Positions 58,604 through 64,000 of a stretch of DNA of 64,000 nucleotides are shown one piece after another. A program made the translations under genes and the position numbers. Position 1 is the stretch's first letter, and each line of letters starts with the position of its first letter. The notes below the pieces were generated by a model. The model saw only the letters and a list, made by a program, of their open reading frames with translations, was not told the origin of the DNA and ran no database searches. The stretch lies in the NCBI GenBank assembly GCA_965223265.1, contig OZ244999.1, positions 1,344,001 through 1,408,000 on the forward strand, read 5' to 3'. The DNA is from Planctomycetota bacterium. Its GTDB lineage: Bacteria; Planctomycetota; UBA8108; SXIK01.

Positions 58604-59545
58604 TCACGCAAGCCGCGGCCTCAAGAATTCCGCGCTCCGTCGCACCGCCTCCTCGACCGACATCTTTTCGAACGCGGCTTGGTGTGCGGTGAAGTAGCCG
58701 CGGTAGCCGATCTCGTCGAGTCCGGCGAACACCTCGTCGAAGTCGACGCCGCCTTCGTCCCACAGGCCGATCGGCTGGATGCCGACTTTGCCGCGCGCCC
58801 ACGTTGTGAGGCGTACCGTACCGTCCGGATCGTTCCTGTGATTCTGCACGTAGACGTTGAAGAGATAGGGCGACAGCCTTTTGATCGTCTCGCGGCCGTA
58901 GTCTTGATCGGTCGCCATCCAGTTAGCTGGCTCGTAGATGATGCCGAAGTTCTCGCGTCCGACGGCTTGCAGAACGCGCAGCGACCCATCGACCGTTTCG
59001 AAGAGGCTGGCGCAGTGGGCTTGGTGGACGAGGCGAATTCCCCTCTCTCGTGCCTCGTCCGACGCCCGCTGAGCCCATGGGATGTCCTCATCCTTTTTCA
59101 TACAGATGCGGATCAAGTCCGTTTCGAACGCTTCCGCAAGATCGAGGTAGGGCGTGATGTTGCGGAGGCCGTCCGGACCGTGCTCGTCGTTTCTCGGCAC
59201 GGCGTAGTCGCCCGTCACCATCGAGACGCGGAGCGCGGCTGCGCGGATACCGGCGTGCATCGATTTCAAAGTGTCCGCGACCGTATGCGTTCCTGCCTGC
59301 GAGGCACGCATGCAGAGCGCTCGGTAGCCGTTGCCCTTCGCCAAGCCGATCAGCTGCTCGAGCGTCATCGATGACGTGTCCTTGCGACCGAAGGGTTCGG
59401 CCACGCGCACCGAGAGAGAAAGTTCCATTCGCGATTCCACCTGTTGTTTTCTGCGCGACCAAGAACAACCGCCGACGAGTCCGGCGGCGAGCACGTTGAG
59501 CGAGGTTGCGAGAGCCTCGCGGCGCGTCAGCTGGGGACTGACCAT
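58604..59545 (-). CDS. Xylose-isomerase-like TIM-barrel (sugar phosphate isomerase/epimerase family), Tat signal
   Basis: TRREAL leader; HQAH, NFGIIYEPAN, VYVQN, GVDFDEVFAGLDEIGYRG. Confidence 0.82.
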   Translation of the reverse strand: MVSPQLTRREALATSLNVLAAGLVGGCSWSRRKQQVESRMELSLSVRVAEPFGRKDTSSMTLEQLIGLAKGNGYRALCMRASQAGTHTVADTLKSMHAGIRAAALRVSMVTGDYAVPRNDEHGPDGLRNITPYLDLAEAFETDLIRICMKKDEDIPWAQRASDEARERGIRLVHQAHCASLFETVDGSLRVLQAVGRENFGIIYEPANWMATDQDYGRETIKRLSPYLFNVYVQNHRNDPDGTVRLTTWARGKVGIQPIGLWDEGGVDFDEVFAGLDEIGYRGYFTAHQAAFEKMSVEEAVRRSAEFLRPRLA

Positions 59546-60819
59546 GGCGTACGGTACTCCTTGGTGAGGAGACGATTGGCTTCGTCGTCACCGCGCACGG
59601 TTTCGGACTTGGGATCGAAGTGAAGGACGCGTCCCGTGCGGTACGCCACTTCACCGAGATGCACCAGGGCGCAGGAGAGATGCGCTGCTTCGGCGGACGC
59701 CGCCGGCGTCGTGCGGTTACGTACATGCTCGAGAAAACCAGGTAGGTGGCGGTCGCCACCGCGACCGCCCTTCATGCCCGGGCCCTTCTCCTGGCTCTTT
59801 CCCAAATACGTTTGAAAGTAACCACGGCGCGAAAACACCATGCGTCCCTCGGTGCCGTAGAACTCATTGCCGCTGTCGAACCCTTGCATGCCGTACGGCG
59901 TCCAACCGCGATCTTCGTAAAGCAGAACCTTTCCCTCGTCGTAGTGGTAGGCCACCATCATGTTGTCGGGGAACTCGCGTTCGCCTTCGAGGTCGATGCG
60001 GCTGCCATGGGCGGTGATGCGGACGGGATGTACGTTCACGCCGAGACCCCAGCGGGCGAGGTCGATGTCGTGGATCCCGTCTCCGCCGATGTCTCCATTG
60101 CCGTAGTCGCGGTACCAGTTCCAGTTGCGGTGGAAGCGGTTGACATTGAACGGCCGCTGCGGCGCCGGGCCGAGCCACATGTCGTAGTTGACCCCAGCAG
60201 GAGCCTGCGAGTCGGGGACTCTCCGGCGGTGACTGTGGCGCTGGACGTTCCACGCTTTCGTCATCTTGATGGTGCCGAGGATTCCCGAGGCCAGTACCTT
60301 GGCGGCCTCTGCGGTCACTTCACTCGAGCGCATCTGTGTCCCATGCTGGACGACACGCTTGGATCGCCGCGCCGCGTCGACGAGGAGGCGTCCCTCTCGA
60401 AAGACATGACTCGCAGGTTTTTCGAGGTAGATGTCTTTCTCTGCCTGCAGCGCAGCGACGGCGATCGGGCAGTGCCAGTGATGCGGAGTCGCGATCACCA
60501 GCGCATCCACGGAGTTGTCGTCGAGCACGCGACGATAGTCGCCGAAAAGCGTTGGCTTCTCACGGGTCGCCGACTCGAGGATGTTCGACGCTATCTCGAG
60601 TTGCCGGGGGTCAACGTCGCAGAGGCCGACGACTTTCGCGTCCGAGCGTCCTGCGAGCAACTTGACGTGAGAGAGTCCCATGCCCCCGACACCGATGACC
60701 GCGATGCGAATTGTCTCGTTGGCTGCGGCAAACGTCGCACGAGTGCTGCGCGCACCAAGCAGAGTGAAGCCTGCACCGCTACAGGCGCGAAGGAACGTTC
60801 GTCTTGTCTTTCGTCGCAT
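59527..60819 (-). CDS. Gfo/Idh/MocA family NAD(P)-dependent oxidoreductase, Tat signal
   Basis: TRRTFL; IAVIGVGGMG; IATPHHWH; YLEKP; YDMWLGPAP; GIHDID. Confidence 0.93.
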   Translation of the reverse strand: MRRKTRRTFLRACSGAGFTLLGARSTRATFAAANETIRIAVIGVGGMGLSHVKLLAGRSDAKVVGLCDVDPRQLEIASNILESATREKPTLFGDYRRVLDDNSVDALVIATPHHWHCPIAVAALQAEKDIYLEKPASHVFREGRLLVDAARRSKRVVQHGTQMRSSEVTAEAAKVLASGILGTIKMTKAWNVQRHSHRRRVPDSQAPAGVNYDMWLGPAPQRPFNVNRFHRNWNWYRDYGNGDIGGDGIHDIDLARWGLGVNVHPVRITAHGSRIDLEGEREFPDNMMVAYHYDEGKVLLYEDRGWTPYGMQGFDSGNEFYGTEGRMVFSRRGYFQTYLGKSQEKGPGMKGGRGGDRHLPGFLEHVRNRTTPAASAEAAHLSCALVHLGEVAYRTGRVLHFDPKSETVRGDDEANRLLTKEYRTPWSVPS

Positions 60820-60829
60820 CGGAGTTCCT

Positions 60830-61894
60830 CTATACTTGCGCGTCCATTTTTTTCAACATCTCATTGAGACGCGTCATGTTGATCCGCATCGCTTCCTCCC
60901 GCGAGCCGCTTGCTGGGCGGAAGTGCGTCGACATTGACAGCACGACGTCGAGGCGGTCACGACGGAGTGTGCGTAGAATCGTTGGGTAATCCACGTCGCC
61001 CGTTCCGAACGGACGGTACTCGAATTTGAGGCGCAGGCCATCGAAGACGTGGAGGTCTTTGATGTGCAGGCCGTGTAGATACGGGCGGACGTTGCGGTAA
61101 CCAGCTGTGGCAGCATCTGACTCGCCGCAGTTGACGTTGTCGGCGGGCCCCCACATCACCTTCAGCCGCTTTGAACCGACGCGTTCGACGACGCGCCGAA
61201 AGTTGCCCGTAGTGTTCGTGTAGTTCCACGGCATCATCGACAGAGCGACGTCGACGCCATAGCGTTCGGCCTCGTCCGCCACTAGTGTGAAGGCCTTGAC
61301 GAGCTTCTCCATGTCGACGTCCGCGATGTAGCCGCCACGGGTGAGCCAGCGCATCGGCCACGTTGGCTTTCCGGCGCTATACTCGCCAGGCCACGCGAAT
61401 GTGAATGCGCCGACCGCGGAAACGCCGATGCGCGATGCGATCTGCATCGACCGCACCAAGGCATTGAAGTCGCGCCGAAAATCGGCCTGATCTGGGAGTG
61501 TCTTCACTTTCAAGTCGGTGAGGTGAATTTTTTTGAACGGGTTGTCTGCATTGAGGAGAAAGATCGCGAGCCCATGTCGAGCCACGCGCTGTGCCATGCG
61601 ATCAACCGTTGCGTCGTCCATCTCCGCGATCGGAGGTTCGTCGAGCATGCGGTTGAACCAAACGTACTGTGCGCCGAGCTCTTTGGCTTTCGCCAACGAT
61701 GCGTCGAACGGCAGGTTTAGCTCCGGCAGGTACATGCCGAGCTTGAAGCGGTACGCACCGTCATCCGAGGCGTTCTGACCGCGCTGCGACACGTCACCCG
61801 CGGCGGCGGGCGATGCGTGCGCTCCCAGTGCCGCAGTGCCCGCCAAGCCGATCGTGGTTTTCTGAACGGCGGTCAAAAAATCTCTGCGGTTCAT
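60830..61894 (-). CDS. Xylose-isomerase-like TIM-barrel protein, Tat signal
   Basis: MNRRDFL; LKVMWGPADN; LHIKD; GTGDVDYPTIL; STH. Confidence 0.82.
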   Translation of the reverse strand: MNRRDFLTAVQKTTIGLAGTAALGAHASPAAAGDVSQRGQNASDDGAYRFKLGMYLPELNLPFDASLAKAKELGAQYVWFNRMLDEPPIAEMDDATVDRMAQRVARHGLAIFLLNADNPFKKIHLTDLKVKTLPDQADFRRDFNALVRSMQIASRIGVSAVGAFTFAWPGEYSAGKPTWPMRWLTRGGYIADVDMEKLVKAFTLVADEAERYGVDVALSMMPWNYTNTTGNFRRVVERVGSKRLKVMWGPADNVNCGESDAATAGYRNVRPYLHGLHIKDLHVFDGLRLKFEYRPFGTGDVDYPTILRTLRRDRLDVVLSMSTHFRPASGSREEAMRINMTRLNEMLKKMDAQV

Positions 61895-62116
61895 GGATCA
61901 GTGTCCTCCAGTGGTGCCGCTGGCTGTTCTGGGCTCGAATTTGGTCCGCTGAGAATCGTACGGCCCTGAATCAGAACGTTCCATACCAATACGGATTTTG
62001 AGACTCGACGCACAGGCCCACAATGGTGGCGCCATCGTGCCGAGACCTGACACGAAGTTCCTGAGAGTCGCGATTTTCTAGAAAAAGAAGAGTCGCCGAG
62101 GTGTCTTCGCTCTCCC

Positions 62117-63613
62117 TTAGGAAACGGGTAGCTCGATCACAACTCGTGTTCCACCACTGCATGGGCAATCTATCGAAATCTCGCCTTCGTGGAGCTCCAC
62201 CACGCGCTTCGCGATCGGCAGACCGAGTCCGGTACCACCACCTTTGGTGGTAAAGAACGGCTCGAAGATCCGTGCGAGCCGGTCGGTGGGGATTCCTGGC
62301 CCAGTGTCGGTCACGGTGATGCGACACTGGTCCCCCGGACAACGAACTTCGACGTGAATCTTCCCCTTTCCTTCCATCGCCTGCGCTGCATTGTGAAACA
62401 CGTTCAAAAACACCGGCCGCAGGAGCTCGGCGTCGCAGCAGCAGGTCGCGGACGCGTCGCAGTCAAGCTCGATTTCGACTCCATCGAACCCTGCGTCTCT
62501 TGCGACGAGAGCTATGAGATCGTCAAAGATGATCCTGGCGGGAGTCGCTATCTTGTTCGGTGTCCTTGGTCTCGAGTAAGTGAGTATGTCTTTCACGCCT
62601 TCGCTTAAGCTCAAAGTGCGCGAAATGGTTTCGTCGATGACGTCGCGCTCAAATGACCCCTCATCCATACGCCGTTGAAGAAGACGTAGACCGCTGATGA
62701 TTCCGGCAAGTGGGTTCTTGACCTCGTGTGCTACGATCGCTGACATCTCTCCAAGCTTGGCGAGACTTTCTTGATGAAGAAGCTTCTTTGTCAGCGCCTT
62801 GCGTTCTGTGATGTCGACGATGATTGCGACGAAGACGGGTCGATCGTCGACAAAGGTCGTGTGCTGGAGGTGAACTTCCACACTGTAGTGCGTGCCGTCG
62901 CTTCTTCGATGAATCGTCTCGAAGACTGCGCTCTTTTTCTCTCCCGAGCGGAGCGGCGAGAGGAGTTCTTGAAACGACTGCAAAGTGAACTCAGGTTTCA
63001 GGTCTATGGGAGTGAGCTTTCGGAGCTCGTCGAGTGTGTATCCGAGGTTGACCCGTGCACCATGATTGACTTCGAGAAAGCGCAGCGTCTCTTCATCAAA
63101 GACGTAAATCTCATTCAGCGACTCCTCGATAATTCGCCCAAACGCTTCGCTTCGAGTCTCCGCGGACTTCCGCTGGGAGATATCGCGCACAATCCCAGTG
63201 AACATGCGGCGTCTCCCGATGAGCATTTCGCTCACCGACAAACTCATCGGAAAGACAGTGCCGTCTTTTCGCCGGCCTTCGACGTTTCGTCCGGTGCCGA
63301 TGACCTTGGGGTCGCCTGAGAGGAGATAGTTTCGAATGTAGCCGTCGTGCTCCTCGGCGTAAGGCGGCGGCATGAGTACGGAGACGTTTTTGCCGACGAC
63401 TTCCTCGGGGTCATAACCGAAAACGCGAGCAAGAGCTGGATTGGCGGACTCGATAGCCCCTGTCTCGTCGATGACGATGATGGCGTCGATCTCGGTCGTG
63501 AGGATCGCGTGGAGGCGGGCCTTCGTGTCACGAAGCGCCTGCTCGTTTGGGTCAGCTGGAGGATCGTCGAAACGGGTTGCTCCGAGCGCCTTCTGAGGTT
63601 CCCTACGCACCAT
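62117..63613 (-). CDS. FixL-like PAS-PAS sensor histidine kinase
   Basis: Heme-PAS-like LMPPPYAEEHDGYIRNY...IGTGRNVEGRRKDG; H-box AHEVKNPL; NAAQAM; DTGPGI; FEPFFTTK; GTGLGL. Alternative start 63715. Confidence 0.9.
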   Translation of the reverse strand: MVRREPQKALGATRFDDPPADPNEQALRDTKARLHAILTTEIDAIIVIDETGAIESANPALARVFGYDPEEVVGKNVSVLMPPPYAEEHDGYIRNYLLSGDPKVIGTGRNVEGRRKDGTVFPMSLSVSEMLIGRRRMFTGIVRDISQRKSAETRSEAFGRIIEESLNEIYVFDEETLRFLEVNHGARVNLGYTLDELRKLTPIDLKPEFTLQSFQELLSPLRSGEKKSAVFETIHRRSDGTHYSVEVHLQHTTFVDDRPVFVAIIVDITERKALTKKLLHQESLAKLGEMSAIVAHEVKNPLAGIISGLRLLQRRMDEGSFERDVIDETISRTLSLSEGVKDILTYSRPRTPNKIATPARIIFDDLIALVARDAGFDGVEIELDCDASATCCCDAELLRPVFLNVFHNAAQAMEGKGKIHVEVRCPGDQCRITVTDTGPGIPTDRLARIFEPFFTTKGGGTGLGLPIAKRVVELHEGEISIDCPCSGGTRVVIELPVS

Positions 63614-63719
63614 AAGCCAACCCTCCCGCCTGCGTGACCGGCAGTGGAAAAACTGGCAAGCTGCGGAAAACTCCGCCAGGACCCGCCGGATGTCCTTCGC
63701 GTAGCTTGCGGTCATGCTC

Positions 63720-63735
63720 TGGCACAGCGATTGCT
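63720..63735 (+). promoter_or_regulatory. Sigma-54 (-24/-12) promoter
   Basis: TGGCACAGCGATTGCT, canonical GG-N10-GC spacing, about 30 nt before ATG 63767 with an AGGAG RBS in between. Confidence 0.8.
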
Positions 63736-63766
63736 AGCATTGTCGCCACAGGAGTAGAATACGTCA

Positions 63767-64000
63767 ATGGTGTTTGAAAAAGACGATAACAAGTGGCCTA
63801 CCATCCTGCTCGTCGAAGACGATCGGCTCTACCGGCTCGGACTTGTCGAGGAGCTCGAGCGGGCGGGCTACACCGTCGTTCAAGCGACGAATTGCGAGGA
63901 GGCTCGTGCCAGATTCCGAGACGGGATCGACTTGGCGATTCTTGACTATCACCTTCCGGATTGCACTGGCTTCTGCCTTCTCGATGAAATCCGGCAAGCT
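63767..64000 (+). CDS. Response regulator receiver domain (runs off the window)
   Basis: Read by hand: MVFEKDDNKWPTILLVEDDRLYR...AGYTV...IDLAILDYHLPDCTGFCLL, with the EDD pocket and phospho-acceptor Asp. Confidence 0.88.
   Translation, partial: MVFEKDDNKWPTILLVEDDRLYRLGLVEELERAGYTVVQATNCEEARARFRDGIDLAILDYHLPDCTGFCLLDEIRQA

Noticed and set aside
7864-60867. Numerous long antisense ORFs (e.g. 7864-8886, 14518-15639, 34675-35901, 59746-60867)
   Set aside because: They mirror well-supported genes, are Arg/Val/Asp-biased and carry no recognisable motifs, as expected from high GC3 codon usage.

Overview
GC-rich bacterial window, almost certainly Planctomycetota (inferred from five DUF1501 paralogs, two PSCyt1/DUF1549/DUF1553 cytochrome c proteins, two sulfatases and a planctomycete-type dockerin tail). 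Most genes serve exported or periplasmic carbohydrate and sugar-acid catabolism: multi-domain beta-propeller fusion enzymes, sulfatases, two enolase-superfamily dehydratases, an MFS transporter, and a Tat-exported Gfo/Idh/MocA plus two TIM-barrel enzymes. There is also a low-oxygen response set (Crp/Fnr regulator, hemN, FixL-like kinase, response regulator behind a sigma-54 promoter, Usp). No rRNA, tRNA, CRISPR array or intact transposase was seen. Standout observations: (1) a compact cassette at 38.9-42.2 kb pairing a GT4 that resembles the aminoglycoside 2-deoxystreptamine glycosyltransferases (NeoD/BtrM/KanF) with a CelD/BcsL-type GNAT and a PIG-L/MshB-type deacetylase, bridged by a doubly coupled 31-aa ORF; (2) three families of non-autonomous MITE-like elements, one a long fold-back with 4-bp target duplications, wobble-biased arms and a swapped central segment; (3) CRP-type operator boxes that fit the recognition helix of the local regulator; (4) several decayed genes. 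All family assignments come from motif recognition and recall, not database searches. Start codons were re-picked by eye where the ORF track looked over-extended.
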